Shown one piece after another: positions 1-9,294 of a stretch of DNA of 64,000 bases. The notes beneath the pieces are model-generated. The model was not told the origin of the DNA. It ran no database searches and worked only from the letters and a program-made list of their open reading frames with translations. The position numbers and the translations under genes were made by a program. Position 1 is the first letter of the stretch. Each line of letters begins with the position of its first letter. This stretch comes from Methylotenera sp. (GTDB lineage Bacteria; Pseudomonadota; Gammaproteobacteria; Burkholderiales; Methylophilaceae), in the NCBI GenBank assembly GCA_031417915.1, contig JANOWN010000028.1, forward strand, positions 26,936-90,935, written 5' to 3'.

Positions 1-597
1 GCCACTTTTTTTATTTCCGCTCACCATTTGCGTGATTTGCCACCTGCTTCGGGCATAGAAGTCGCCTTTGCAGGTCGTTCTAACGCAGGAAAATCTAGCG
101 CACTGAACACGCTGGCCAACCACAACCGCCTCGCTTATGTCAGCAAGCAGCCGGGCCGCACGCAGCTGATTAACTTCTTCACGCTTGGAAATGATAGGCA
201 TTTGGTTGATTTGCCTGGCTATGGTTATGCAAAAGTACCCGAAAGCATGCGCGCGCACTGGCAAAGTGTATTGGCGCGCTATTTAAGCGAGCGTACCAGT
301 TTAGGCGGTTTGGTATTGGTGATGGATAGCCGCCATCCGCTGCAACCGCTGGATAAACAAATGCTGGATTGGTTTTGCCCAAGCGGCAAACCAGTGCATG
401 TGTTGTTAACCAAATCAGATAAATTATCGCGTGGCGAAGCGGGTTTAACCCTCGCAAAAGTGCGTAAAGAGTTGCTGGCAGCTTGGGGCGAAAGCTGTAC
501 TGTGCAACTGTTTTCTAGCTCAAAAAAATTGGGTGTGGAAGAGGCGGAGAAAATTATTGGTGCGTGGTTGTTTAAAGGTGAAGACACAAATGCATAA
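1..597 (+). CDS. engB: Ribosome biogenesis GTP-binding protein YihA/YsxC (EngB); 5' end lies outside the window
   Basis: G1 GRSNAGKS, G3 DLPGYG and G4 TKSDK motifs; frame is open from base 1. Confidence 0.95.
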   Translation, partial: ATFFISAHHLRDLPPASGIEVAFAGRSNAGKSSALNTLANHNRLAYVSKQPGRTQLINFFTLGNDRHLVDLPGYGYAKVPESMRAHWQSVLARYLSERTSLGGLVLVMDSRHPLQPLDKQMLDWFCPSGKPVHVLLTKSDKLSRGEAGLTLAKVRKELLAAWGESCTVQLFSSSKKLGVEEAEKIIGAWLFKGEDTNA

Positions 598-599
598 AC

Positions 600-716
600 C
601 GTCATTCTGGCTTAGGCCAGAATCTAGGCCAAATGGCATTGACGAATAGTTGTTTGTTGAAATATAGCTAAGCTAGTATTCATGCTGTCTGGACTCTGGC
701 CTAAGCCAGAATGACG
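600..716. repeat. Inverted pair of CGTC-tagged palindromic REP-like units (600-627 and 689-716)
   Basis: CGTCATTCTGGCTTAGGCCAGAATCTAG and its near-exact reverse complement; each unit has an internal hairpin ATTCTGGC-TTAG-GCCAGAAT; lies between convergent engB and trmB. Confidence 0.9.
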
Positions 717-720
717 AGCG

Positions 721-1443
721 TTAATTACGAGTAAAAACCAAATCCCATACACCGTGGCCTAATTTAATACCGCGATTCTCAAATTTCGTTAAAGGCCTAT
801 AAACAGGTTTTTCAGCATAATCTTCTGCGCTATTTTTTAATTGCGGCTCAGCATTTAAAACCTCTAAAACCCACTCCGCGTATTCCTGCCAATCGGTCGC
901 CACGTGAATATAAGCGCCAGTTTTAAGCTTGCTACACAGTAATTTTACAAACTCGGCTTGAATTAATCTGCGTTTATGGTGGCGCTTTTTATGCCATGGG
1001 TCAGGGAAGAAAATATGCACGCCGTCCAAGCTCGCATCCGCAATCATATTCTGCAAAACTTCCACCACATCGTGCTGAATAATGCGAATATTAGTGAGTG
1101 CTTGCTCCTCGATTAACTTAAGCAGCGCGCCAACGCCTGGCGTGTGCACCTCGGCCGCGAGGAAATCACAATCGGGCAAAGTTTGCGCAATTTTGGCAGT
1201 GGTTTCACCCATGCCAAAGCCAATTTCGAGTATTTTTTTACTGTCATTTCTACCAAAAAGTGCGTTTATATCGATGCTCCGCAAGCCATATTCTACGCCA
1301 TACTGTGGCCATTGCGTTTCTAATGCGCGCTCTTGGCCTTTGGTGACGCGGCCTTGGCGCAACACAAAACTGCGAATGCGACGGTGCATATGTTCATTTT
1401 GTAAATCTTCTTGTAAATCTTCAGGATGTTGGTTTTCTGTCAT
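721..1443 (-). CDS. trmB: tRNA (guanine-N7)-methyltransferase
   Basis: [37 protein letters not shown] and RPLTKFE motifs; start at 1443 preferred over 1452. Confidence 0.97.
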   Translation of the reverse strand: MTENQHPEDLQEDLQNEHMHRRIRSFVLRQGRVTKGQERALETQWPQYGVEYGLRSIDINALFGRNDSKKILEIGFGMGETTAKIAQTLPDCDFLAAEVHTPGVGALLKLIEEQALTNIRIIQHDVVEVLQNMIADASLDGVHIFFPDPWHKKRHHKRRLIQAEFVKLLCSKLKTGAYIHVATDWQEYAEWVLEVLNAEPQLKNSAEDYAEKPVYRPLTKFENRGIKLGHGVWDLVFTRN

Positions 1444-1450
1444 GGCTGGC

Positions 1451-1456
1451 ATTATA
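1451..1456 (-). promoter_or_regulatory. Putative sigma70 -10 box of trmB (leaderless geometry)
   Basis: Perfect TATAAT 7 nt upstream of ATG 1443; no Shine-Dalgarno. Confidence 0.5.
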
Positions 1457-1474
1457 ACTGAAGCCTTTTAAAAG

Positions 1475-1548
1475 CTGGATTCTTCGCTACGCTCAGAATG
1501 AGATTGCTATGCTAACTTTCGTCATTCTGAGCGTAGCGAAGAATCCAG
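1475..1548. repeat. Inverted pair of CGTC-tagged REP-like units (1475-1501 and 1520-1548)
   Basis: CTGGATTCTTCGCTACGCTCAGAATGA ... CGTCATTCTGAGCGTAGCGAAGAATCCAG. Confidence 0.9.
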
Positions 1549-1557
1549 TTTTTGTAT

Positions 1558-2718
1558 TTATAAAGTATGCGATTTATCGCCACTTTTAAAACCAATCAAT
1601 GGCTCATCAAAGTTTTTACTAAACGCAATTACCTTAAACAACTCGCCCATTTCAGCTGGCGAAAGTAGTTTTTGCGCGGCGGCGGCCAGTGGCATATAAA
1701 CGGCTACATCATTTGGTGAAGTTTGACTTAAAACATCTAAAATGCCGCAATTAATTAAAAATTGTGCTTGGTTAACATGGCCTGCAATCCTTATTCCATG
1801 CGCCTGCGCCGCGTATGCAATTTGGCTAAAATCTATATGCGCAGTAATATCTTGCACGCCAATATTGATGAGCGGATTATCATGCGCGTAATGCTGATAA
1901 TGGCACATCAGCGTGCCTTGGTTACGTTGTGGATGGTAGTATTCGCGCGCTGAAAAACCATAATCGATGAGCAAAATAGCGCCGCTTTCTAAACATTCAG
2001 CCAGGCTAGCAACCAATGCTGATGCGGCTGGGCAGACTTCGGTTAAATAATCTAAAGACAAATTGCTTGGCAAATTTTCTACCAAATTAGGCGCGCTTAA
2101 CGGTGCATCTTGCCAAATAAATTCTGCTTTTTTATTTTCTGCCAAACTCACACCGCGCTCGCGCCACCCTTGGGCTGTTTTGTGCAAAATATGCACGGGA
2201 AGCGCGTCTAAAACTTCGTTGGCTAAAATCAAGCCGTTGAATTTTTTTGGCAGCGTTTCTAGCCAAATCAGCTTTTCAAATAATTCTTTTGGTAGTTTCT
2301 TTTCACAGGCTTCACGCTGAATATGGCGTAAGTAATCACTCACTTCCAGAATTAAATATTGCTTGGGCTGCTGATCAAGTTGTTGTAATTCCAGCAATAA
2401 ATCTGCCGCTAATTTGCCTGTTCCCGCCCCCAGCTCCAAAATACAGGCATCGCTATAAGCCAATATCTGCGCGGCTTGCGGAGCCATTGTTTTTGCAAAT
2501 AAAGGCGAAATTTCAGGCGCAGTGACAAAATCGCCTCCCTGCCCAAACTTTTTCGCACCACCACTGTAATAGCCCAATCTTGGCGTGTACAAAGCCATGT
2601 GCATAAAGGTCGCAAAATCTATCCAATCATTATTATTTTCAATTTTTTGTTGAATTAAATTAGTTAATTGCTGGCTAAGCACTTGCGATTCTGGGCTTGA
2701 AATAGGTAATGAGGCCAT
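1558..2718 (-). CDS. SAM-dependent methyltransferase, MidA/NDUFAF7 family
   Basis: GDFVTAPEISPLF, LELGAGTG, ANEVLDALP, IDYG and QDITAHIDF motifs. Confidence 0.92.
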   Translation of the reverse strand: MASLPISSPESQVLSQQLTNLIQQKIENNNDWIDFATFMHMALYTPRLGYYSGGAKKFGQGGDFVTAPEISPLFAKTMAPQAAQILAYSDACILELGAGTGKLAADLLLELQQLDQQPKQYLILEVSDYLRHIQREACEKKLPKELFEKLIWLETLPKKFNGLILANEVLDALPVHILHKTAQGWRERGVSLAENKKAEFIWQDAPLSAPNLVENLPSNLSLDYLTEVCPAASALVASLAECLESGAILLIDYGFSAREYYHPQRNQGTLMCHYQHYAHDNPLINIGVQDITAHIDFSQIAYAAQAHGIRIAGHVNQAQFLINCGILDVLSQTSPNDVAVYMPLAAAAQKLLSPAEMGELFKVIAFSKNFDEPLIGFKSGDKSHTL

Positions 2719-2756
2719 AAGCCATTATAATATTTTGCAATCAAAGAGAGTAAAAA

Positions 2757-3509
2757 TTGAATTCAACATCAAACAACAAAGTGATATTAATTACCGGCGG
2801 CGCCAAGCGCGTAGGCGCGGCGATTTGTCGCGAGCTGCATGCTAACGGCGCTAATTTAATGATTCACTACAAAACCAGCATTAACGAGGCGCGCGCCTTG
2901 CAGGCCGAGCTTAATTTGCAACGCGCCAATAGCGTGGCGATTATTCAGGGCGATTTGCTCAATATCGCCGTTTTACCTAGTTTGGTGCATGAAACCGTGA
3001 ATCAGTTTGGCCGTTTAGACGCGCTGATAAACAACGCTTCGACTTATTACCCCACCGAAATTGGCGCAATTTCAGAGGAAAATTGGCAAGATTTGATGGG
3101 CAGCAACCTGAAAGCGCCCATGTTTCTGGCGCAAGCAGCGGCGGCAGAATTACGCAAAAATCATGGCTGCATTGTGAATATTACAGATATGCATATTGAA
3201 CGCCCGAAGAAAAGTTATGTGGTGTATAGCGTGGCAAAAGCGGGATTAGTGACGCTGACAAAATCGCTGGCGCAAGAGCTTTCGCCCGAAGTACGCGTCA
3301 ATGCGGTTGCGCCAGGCCCCGTGCAATGGCCAGAAAACAACCCGCAATTTGATGAGGTATATCGTCAGCGCGTCATCTCGCAAACCCTGCTAAAACGCGT
3401 CGGCGAAGCCACGGATATTGCAAAAGCAGTGAACTTTTTGGTAGCCGATGCGCCTTTTATAACTGGCCATGTTCTGGTGGTGGATGGCGGGCGGAGTTTG
3501 AACTTATAA
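2757..3509 (+). CDS. folM: Pteridine reductase (SDR family)
   Basis: ITGGAKRVG, LINNAS, NITD, YSVAKAG and VNAVAPG; conserved divergent pairing with a MidA-family gene. Confidence 0.88.
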   Translation: MNSTSNNKVILITGGAKRVGAAICRELHANGANLMIHYKTSINEARALQAELNLQRANSVAIIQGDLLNIAVLPSLVHETVNQFGRLDALINNASTYYPTEIGAISEENWQDLMGSNLKAPMFLAQAAAAELRKNHGCIVNITDMHIERPKKSYVVYSVAKAGLVTLTKSLAQELSPEVRVNAVAPGPVQWPENNPQFDEVYRQRVISQTLLKRVGEATDIAKAVNFLVADAPFITGHVLVVDGGRSLNL

Positions 3510-3520
3510 TCAAGGCAAAC

Positions 3521-4228
3521 TCAGTCAACCAACCGCGCTAACTCTCGCAATTTAGCTTCAAGCAGGGGCAAACGAGCCTGGCTTGCTGCATCGCCTGGTA
3601 AATACGCAGGTATTACAGATAAAAATTCATCATTCGCCAGCAAACCATTCAATTTTTCTGCAATATATTCTTGTAAAACTCTTGGTGTCATTTTAATTTC
3701 AACAATAATAGAAGGCCTGCCATCAATCACTGTAATAATATCTTCCATATCGTGGCTCAGCAGCATGCCACCTTTGCCGCGACCTGCAAAAGCCTCAAAT
3801 TTAGTAGCAATAAACACCGGTGCTGAGATTAAGCGAATACTAGTTTCATCATCCAATTTAAAACGTATGGCGTGCTCAATTGCCAGCGGATACCATTTAT
3901 TTGCAAAACCCAATATCTTTTCGTCGGTTGGCATTACATCCACTGCCACGCCTTGATAACGCCAACGGCAAATCGGTGCATCGGCAGCCATCTCTTGTGT
4001 AAATCCCTTTGCGCGCAATTGCTTTTCTAACGCATGATAATCTTGGGTGCTTAACACGTTGGCCACAATATCAACATCATCGGTTGGGCGAATCACCTGC
4101 GCACGCTCAATGGTTACCAGCAAGCCTGCCGCGCAACCGCCCACAAACACCACCTGCTCACACAAACCGCCAAGTGCTTTTGCAATCAGCAGCAATATGG
4201 CACGATTCGGGTCGCTCACCATGATCAT
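3521..4228 (-). CDS. AbiEii/AbiGii-like nucleotidyltransferase (putative type IV toxin)
   Basis: Pol-beta superfamily NTase motifs VFVGGCAAG, RPTDDVDI, KFEAF and HDMEDI; overlaps the upstream HTH gene by 4 nt. Confidence 0.65.
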   Translation of the reverse strand: MIMVSDPNRAILLLIAKALGGLCEQVVFVGGCAAGLLVTIERAQVIRPTDDVDIVANVLSTQDYHALEKQLRAKGFTQEMAADAPICRWRYQGVAVDVMPTDEKILGFANKWYPLAIEHAIRFKLDDETSIRLISAPVFIATKFEAFAGRGKGGMLLSHDMEDIITVIDGRPSIIVEIKMTPRVLQEYIAEKLNGLLANDEFLSVIPAYLPGDAASQARLPLLEAKLRELARLVD

Positions 4229-4797
4229 TGCAAACGCTCATTTAACAGCTGTATGGCTAACTCTCTCTCACGCGCCTGCCCCATACGCAAAGCGTCAAAC
4301 AAGGCGAGTAACTCATACAATGGGGGAAACGCCTTGGCGGCCAATGGCAGCTTTTCATATAAAGGCATTAACGCCTGACCACGCTGATTACCTTCTGGGT
4401 GCGGCCAAACTGGCGGCATTTCTTGTGAGAACAGTACCTTATCACTTAACGGTGGCACGCCGTAAGCGGTGGCAAAGCCGATAGTCACTTCACCGCGCAC
4501 AGCAGGGTAGCAGTAAGCTGCACCATACATCACAAACTCCCGAATTGCTTGCATGACTGGGCGAAACTCATTGCCTGCATCTACCAACAAGCGTGCAGCA
4601 ATTAAGCGCTGCACAGAGGCATGTACTTCAAACTGAGAAAGCATCATTAGTTTAGCCAATGCAGCATAAGAGTATCGCGACTCTCTGCGTATAATGACCA
4701 ACATAAACAATACTGCCAAATCTAAAGGCTTTAACCCCCATTGGCGGTTGCTTGCGCGACGCATGGACGCTGATTTTTGATTGTCTGAAAAATACAT
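4225..4797 (-). CDS. Winged-helix-like protein, putative cognate antitoxin/regulator (AbiEi-like role)
   Basis: N-terminal HTH-like SYAALAKLMMLSQFEVHASVQRL; C-terminal VWP-x-G-x2-RG and LYELLALFDALR-G-ARER pattern; operonic with the NTase. Confidence 0.55.
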   Translation of the reverse strand: MYFSDNQKSASMRRASNRQWGLKPLDLAVLFMLVIIRRESRYSYAALAKLMMLSQFEVHASVQRLIAARLLVDAGNEFRPVMQAIREFVMYGAAYCYPAVRGEVTIGFATAYGVPPLSDKVLFSQEMPPVWPHPEGNQRGQALMPLYEKLPLAAKAFPPLYELLALFDALRMGQARERELAIQLLNERLQ

Positions 4798-4809
4798 ATA
4801 CTACACCTT

Positions 4810-4963
4810 ATATGCTATATGCATACAGCATATAGTAGTCATACAAATAAAGTCAATAGTTTAATTAGCTAATAAATAAGCAATATGTGCTCATTTACGA
4901 CGACATTCGCTATTTTAGAAGTACGAATAGTCAACTTCATATGTTATATGCATACAGCATATA
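4810..4963. promoter_or_regulatory. Two 25-bp palindromic operator-like direct repeats (4810-4834 and 4939-4963)
   Basis: ATATGCTATATGCATACAGCATATA vs ATATGTTATATGCATACAGCATATA (1 mismatch), each nearly self-complementary; upstream of the HTH/NTase operon. Confidence 0.75.
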
Positions 4964-4970
4964 ACATTGC

Positions 4971-5270
4971 TTAACGATAATCATCGTCCCGCTGATGCCT
5001 TACCGCTAAAATCGTGACGATATTTTCTTCTTCTATCTCAAACAATGCCACATAGCCGTTTGCGCCAAAGCTAATAACTAGCTCGCGCAAAAAGGGCGTG
5101 TCTGCTTTGGCTTTTCTGCAAGTAAACGGGAATGTATTAAGTAGCTCAATGGCTTTATTGATGGTTTCTAGCGCGTGGTTTGCGGCTTGCACATCTTGCA
5201 CAAGCAAAAAAGTATAAATCCGTTTAATGTCATCGCGTGCTGTTTTGGTAAAGCGTATTCGGTAGCTCAA
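4971..5270 (-). CDS. Type II toxin, RelE/ParE family
   Basis: 99 aa; RIRFTKTARDDIKRI N-terminus, LRELVI-FG-GYVALF, ILAVRHQR C-terminus. Confidence 0.85.
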   Translation of the reverse strand: MSYRIRFTKTARDDIKRIYTFLLVQDVQAANHALETINKAIELLNTFPFTCRKAKADTPFLRELVISFGANGYVALFEIEEENIVTILAVRHQRDDDYR

Positions 5271-5281
5271 AATACTTAACT

Positions 5282-5542
5282 TTATTCAGCAGCTTTGTTA
5301 AGCATTTCGCCCAATTCAGCCATTACACTTTCTGCCGAATAATATTCTTGGTTAGCCTTTGCTTCATCACGCGATTTGATTCCACGGGCTATAAACGCTT
5401 GGTTATGTAGGCGCCGCTCTATATTTGTTCGTAATGATTCCTCCACAAAGCTAGATAACGTTTCGCCGCTAGCAAGCACACTTTGTAAGGCTTCTCTCAA
5501 TTTAGGCTCTACGCGCAATGCGGGTATTGTGGCAGTTTTCAT
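5282..5542 (-). CDS. Type II antitoxin, ribbon-helix-helix (YlcI/YnfO-like)
   Basis: MKTATIPALRVEPKLR N-terminus; 86 aa; directly upstream of the RelE/ParE toxin; AGGAG RBS. Confidence 0.75.
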   Translation of the reverse strand: MKTATIPALRVEPKLREALQSVLASGETLSSFVEESLRTNIERRLHNQAFIARGIKSRDEAKANQEYYSAESVMAELGEMLNKAAE

Positions 5543-5555
5543 ACGTAACTCCTAT

Positions 5556-5577
5556 TTGTAATTCATTTGCATTACAA
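5556..5577. promoter_or_regulatory. Inverted-repeat operator of the type II TA promoter
   Basis: TTGTAAT-N8-ATTACAA just upstream of the antitoxin RBS. Confidence 0.6.
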
Positions 5578-5610
5578 TATCACACTTTTAAAATAACTCA
5601 GCTATTCTCG

Positions 5611-5616
5611 TATAAT
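5611..5616 (+). promoter_or_regulatory. Putative sigma70 -10 box of ttcA (leaderless geometry)
   Basis: Perfect TATAAT 7 nt before in-frame ATG 5624; TTAAAA 17 nt upstream. Confidence 0.5.
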
Positions 5617-5623
5617 GCTAAGC

Positions 5624-6526
5624 ATGATTAAACATTTACCCGATAACCATTCCAACAATTTTATCAAGTTAAGAAAAAGCCTAATCTCGTCCACTGGTAA
5701 AGCTATTGGCGATTACAACATGATTGAGGATGGCGACACCGTGCTGGTGTGCATGAGCGGTGGCAAAGATAGTTACACCATGCTGATGATGTTGCTAGCT
5801 TTGCAAGAGCGCGCGCCGATTGACTTTAAACTTATCGCCATGAATTTAGACCAGAAGCAGCCGAATTTTCCTGAACATATTTTGCCTGAGTATTTTAAAA
5901 GTTTGGGCGTGGATTACCGCATTGTGGAAGCCGATACTTATTCGATTGTAAAAGAGAAAATACCTGAAGGCGCGACCACTTGCAGCCTGTGTAGTCGCTT
6001 ACGGCGCGGCATTATTTACACCACGGCAAAACAGCTAGGAGCCAATAAAATAGCGCTTGGGCACCATAGAGATGACATTGTAGAAACGCTGTTTTTGAAT
6101 ATGTTTTTTGGCGCAAAATTAAAAGCTATGCCGCCAAAATTGGCGACGAATGATAAACAAAATATCGTCATCCGTCCGTTGGCGTATTGCAGCGAGAAAG
6201 ACATTGCCAGCTACGCGCGGCAAATGGCGTTCCCCATCATTCCCTGCGATTTATGCGGCTCGCAGCCAAACTTGCAGCGCCAAAACGTCAAAGCGATGTT
6301 ACAAAAATGGGAGCTTGAGCAACCAGGCCGCGTGAATAATATCTTCCGCGCCATTGGCAATGTCGAGCCTTCACACTTGGCTGATTTTGATTTATATGAC
6401 TTTAAAAGTTTAAGCCAGGCCAAAGCTGAAGACGAAGATCCGCTATTTGGGGATATTGCCAATGATGGTGCGGCATTGAGCATAGCCAGCAATGATGGAA
6501 AGCGCATAGAATTTATCCGCAATTGA
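5624..6526 (+). CDS. ttcA: tRNA 2-thiocytidine biosynthesis protein
   Basis: PP-loop [22 protein letters not shown] and PCDLCGSQ motifs. Confidence 0.96.
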   Translation: MIKHLPDNHSNNFIKLRKSLISSTGKAIGDYNMIEDGDTVLVCMSGGKDSYTMLMMLLALQERAPIDFKLIAMNLDQKQPNFPEHILPEYFKSLGVDYRIVEADTYSIVKEKIPEGATTCSLCSRLRRGIIYTTAKQLGANKIALGHHRDDIVETLFLNMFFGAKLKAMPPKLATNDKQNIVIRPLAYCSEKDIASYARQMAFPIIPCDLCGSQPNLQRQNVKAMLQKWELEQPGRVNNIFRAIGNVEPSHLADFDLYDFKSLSQAKAEDEDPLFGDIANDGAALSIASNDGKRIEFIRN

Positions 6527-6629
6527 TCATCAAACACGATATTTATTCAAAGGCTTATTGTCTTATCACCAATTAGCTTGCTATTATCTAGCCAATTCCA
6601 AATGAGTTGCACTTAAATTCAAGGTTTAA

Positions 6630-9206
6630 ATGTCCAAATTACTGATTGTAGAATCGCCTTCTAAAGCCAAAACGCTTAAAAAATATCTCGGCAATGATTT
6701 CGAAGTATTGGCTTCGTACGGCCATGTGCGTGATTTAATCCCCAAAAATGGCGCGGTTGACCCCGCCAACAGTTTCGCCATGAAATATGAGGTGATTGAC
6801 CGCAACGCCAAGCACATGGATGCGATTACCAAGGCAGTAAAAGTGGCTGATAGCATTTACCTCGCAACCGACCCTGACCGTGAAGGCGAAGCGATTTCGT
6901 GGCATATTGCCGAGATTTTGGCCGAGAAAAAATTACTCAAAAATAAATTACTCAAACGCGTAGAGTTCAACGAAATTACGCAAACAGCGGTAAAAAACGC
7001 CATAGATAACCCGCGTGATATTGCCATGAACTTAGTCAATGCCCAGCAAGCGCGCCGTGCGCTGGATTATTTAGTTGGTTTTAATTTATCACCATTATTA
7101 TGGAAAAAAATCCGTCGCGGCCTTTCTGCAGGCCGCGTGCAAAGCCCAGCTTTAAGATTAATCGTAGAGCGCGAGTTGGAAATTGAAGCATTTAAGAATC
7201 AAGAATATTGGACGATTCACCTTGATGCGCTAAAACACGCGCACAGTTTTAACGCCAAGCTGATTCAATTTAACGGCGAAAAAGTTGAGCAATTTACGGT
7301 GATTAACCACGACCAACAAGCGGACATTGTGGGCAAATTACTGATTGCCAGCGCTGGCAAAACCACCGTTTCGCGCGTTGAAAAGAAACAGCGCAGCCGC
7401 AGCCCTGCCGCGCCGTTTACTACATCTACCTTGCAACAAGAAGCAGTGCGTAAGCTTGGCTTTACCACTTCGCGCGCCATGCGCGTAGCACAACAACTAT
7501 ACGAGGGCGTAGATGTTGGCTCTGGGACGACTGGTTTAATCACTTATATGCGTACCGATTCGTTTAGCATGGCTACGGAAGCGGTGATGAGCATTCGTGA
7601 TTACGTGAAGAAAAATTTCGAGGCGGATTACTTACCTAAATCGCCGATTATGTACAAAACCAAAGCCAAAAACGCGCAAGAAGCGCATGAGGCGATTCGC
7701 CCAACAAATATAGCGCGCAGCCCAACGGCGATGCGCCAATATTTAAATGACGAGCAATTTAAACTCTACGAAATGATTTGGAAACGAAGCTTGGCTTGCC
7801 AAATGTCGCCCGCCAAATTTGATGCGGTGAGTGTGGATTTAGCCGTTGGCCAAGGATTAAATAGTGAAGCCAATTTGTTCCGCGCCACGGGTCAAACCCT
7901 AGTGTTTCCAGGCTTTATCGCGGTATATATGGAAGGCCGTGATGACGAGGAGGAGGAAGGCGAGTCTAAATTGCCGCACTTAGAAACGGGCGAAATTTTA
8001 ACCGTGGATAAAATCTATGGCGACCAGCATTTTACCGAGCCGCCACCGCGTTATGGCGAGGCCAGTTTGGTGAAAATTTTAGAAGAATACGGCATTGGCC
8101 GCCCTTCTACTTACGCCAGCATTATTAGCACCCTGCAAGATCGTGAATATGTAATCCTCGACAAAAAACGCTTTACACCGACCGATGTGGGCCGTGTGGT
8201 GGCGAAGTTTTTAACCGAACATTTCACCAAGTACGTTGACTATGACTTTACTGCCAACTTGGAAAATGCGCTGGATAACGTGGCCGATGGCTCGCGCGAG
8301 TGGATTCCACTGATGGATGAGTTTTGGCAGGGCTTTAACAGCCAAATTATCAGCAAAGCCGATGTTGACCGCCCAGGCAACGAATTAATTGATGAAGCTT
8401 GCCCAAAATGCGGCAAACCGCTGCAAAAACAATTAAGCAGATATGGCACATTTATTGGCTGTACGGGTTATAACGACGAGCCAAAATGCGATTACAAACG
8501 CAGCATGAATGGCAGCGCGCAAGCGGGTGCTGACCCAGTGACGATTGGTGTGGATGCAGATTCTGGTAAAGAAATTTACTTGATGAACGGGCCGTATGGA
8601 CCGTATTTACAAGTAGGCGTAGTGGTTGAAGGTGAAAAGAAAAAACCAAAACGCGTGAGTATTCCCAAAGAAATTCCACTGGCCGATGTCAATATTGATA
8701 CTGCCATTATGTTGTTATCATTGCCGCGCGATTTAGGCTTGCATCCTGAAACCAACAAAAAAGTCATCGCCAATATTGGCCGTTTTGGGCCTTATGTAAA
8801 TCATGATGCCAAATTTAAATCGATTCCTAAAAGCGAAAGTGTATTTGCAATTGATTTAGCGGGTGCTGTTGCCTTGCTGGCGGCCGCCAATACTAGGCCC
8901 GCGCCAATTGCGGATTTGGGTGCGCATCCTTCTGGTGAAGGTCGCGTAGAGATTTTTGCGGGCCGCTATGGGCCTTATGTGCAGCATGCCAAAATTCGCG
9001 CAACCATACCAAAAAGCATTGAGCCTGAAAGCTTAACAATTGAGGAAGCGCTAGGATTGTTGGCCGAAAAAGCAGCAAAAGATGAGGTTGGCGGCAAAAC
9101 TGGTGGCAAAAAAACATTCGTGAAAAAAGCGGCTGTGAAAAAACCTGTCACTAAAAAAGCAGCGGCTAAAAAGCCTGCTGTGAGAAAAGCAACCAGCAAG
9201 AAATAG
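6630..9206 (+). CDS. topA: DNA topoisomerase I with Zn ribbon, C-terminal repeats and Lys-rich tail
   Basis: IVESPSKAK, ATDPDREGEAI, SAGRVQS, LITYMRTDS and CPKCG motifs. Confidence 0.98.
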   Translation: MSKLLIVESPSKAKTLKKYLGNDFEVLASYGHVRDLIPKNGAVDPANSFAMKYEVIDRNAKHMDAITKAVKVADSIYLATDPDREGEAISWHIAEILAEKKLLKNKLLKRVEFNEITQTAVKNAIDNPRDIAMNLVNAQQARRALDYLVGFNLSPLLWKKIRRGLSAGRVQSPALRLIVERELEIEAFKNQEYWTIHLDALKHAHSFNAKLIQFNGEKVEQFTVINHDQQADIVGKLLIASAGKTTVSRVEKKQRSRSPAAPFTTSTLQQEAVRKLGFTTSRAMRVAQQLYEGVDVGSGTTGLITYMRTDSFSMATEAVMSIRDYVKKNFEADYLPKSPIMYKTKAKNAQEAHEAIRPTNIARSPTAMRQYLNDEQFKLYEMIWKRSLACQMSPAKFDAVSVDLAVGQGLNSEANLFRATGQTLVFPGFIAVYMEGRDDEEEEGESKLPHLETGEILTVDKIYGDQHFTEPPPRYGEASLVKILEEYGIGRPSTYASIISTLQDREYVILDKKRFTPTDVGRVVAKFLTEHFTKYVDYDFTANLENALDNVADGSREWIPLMDEFWQGFNSQIISKADVDRPGNELIDEACPKCGKPLQKQLSRYGTFIGCTGYNDEPKCDYKRSMNGSAQAGADPVTIGVDADSGKEIYLMNGPYGPYLQVGVVVEGEKKKPKRVSIPKEIPLADVNIDTAIMLLSLPRDLGLHPETNKKVIANIGRFGPYVNHDAKFKSIPKSESVFAIDLAGAVALLAAANTRPAPIADLGAHPSGEGRVEIFAGRYGPYVQHAKIRATIPKSIEPESLTIEEALGLLAEKAAKDEVGGKTGGKKTFVKKAAVKKPVTKKAAAKKPAVRKATSKK

Positions 9207-9222
9207 GCTGCTGTCGATTTTA

Positions 9223-9272
9223 GCAATAAAAAAGTAGCACCAAATATTAATTGGGCGCTGCTTTTTTATTGC
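9223..9272. terminator. Bidirectional intrinsic terminator between topA and pbpG
   Basis: GCAATAAAAAAGTAGCACC...GGGCGCTGCTTTTTTATTGC inverted repeat with A/T tracts. Confidence 0.8.
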
Positions 9273-9294
9273 CAAATTATTTAAAATATATTAC

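Noticed and set aside
1399-1424. 12-bp duplications in trmB (QEDL x2) and topA (about 6931-6955, KLLK x2)
   Set aside because: Small in-frame slippage duplications with no evident functional meaning.
600-1548. CRISPR or MITE interpretation of the palindromic repeats near trmB
   Set aside because: Units are inverted pairs, not direct repeats with unique spacers; no cas genes; no clear target-site duplication.
3505-5614. att-like direct repeats flanking the TA island
   Set aside because: Only 6-7 bp matches (for example AACTCAG) were found; no integrase present.
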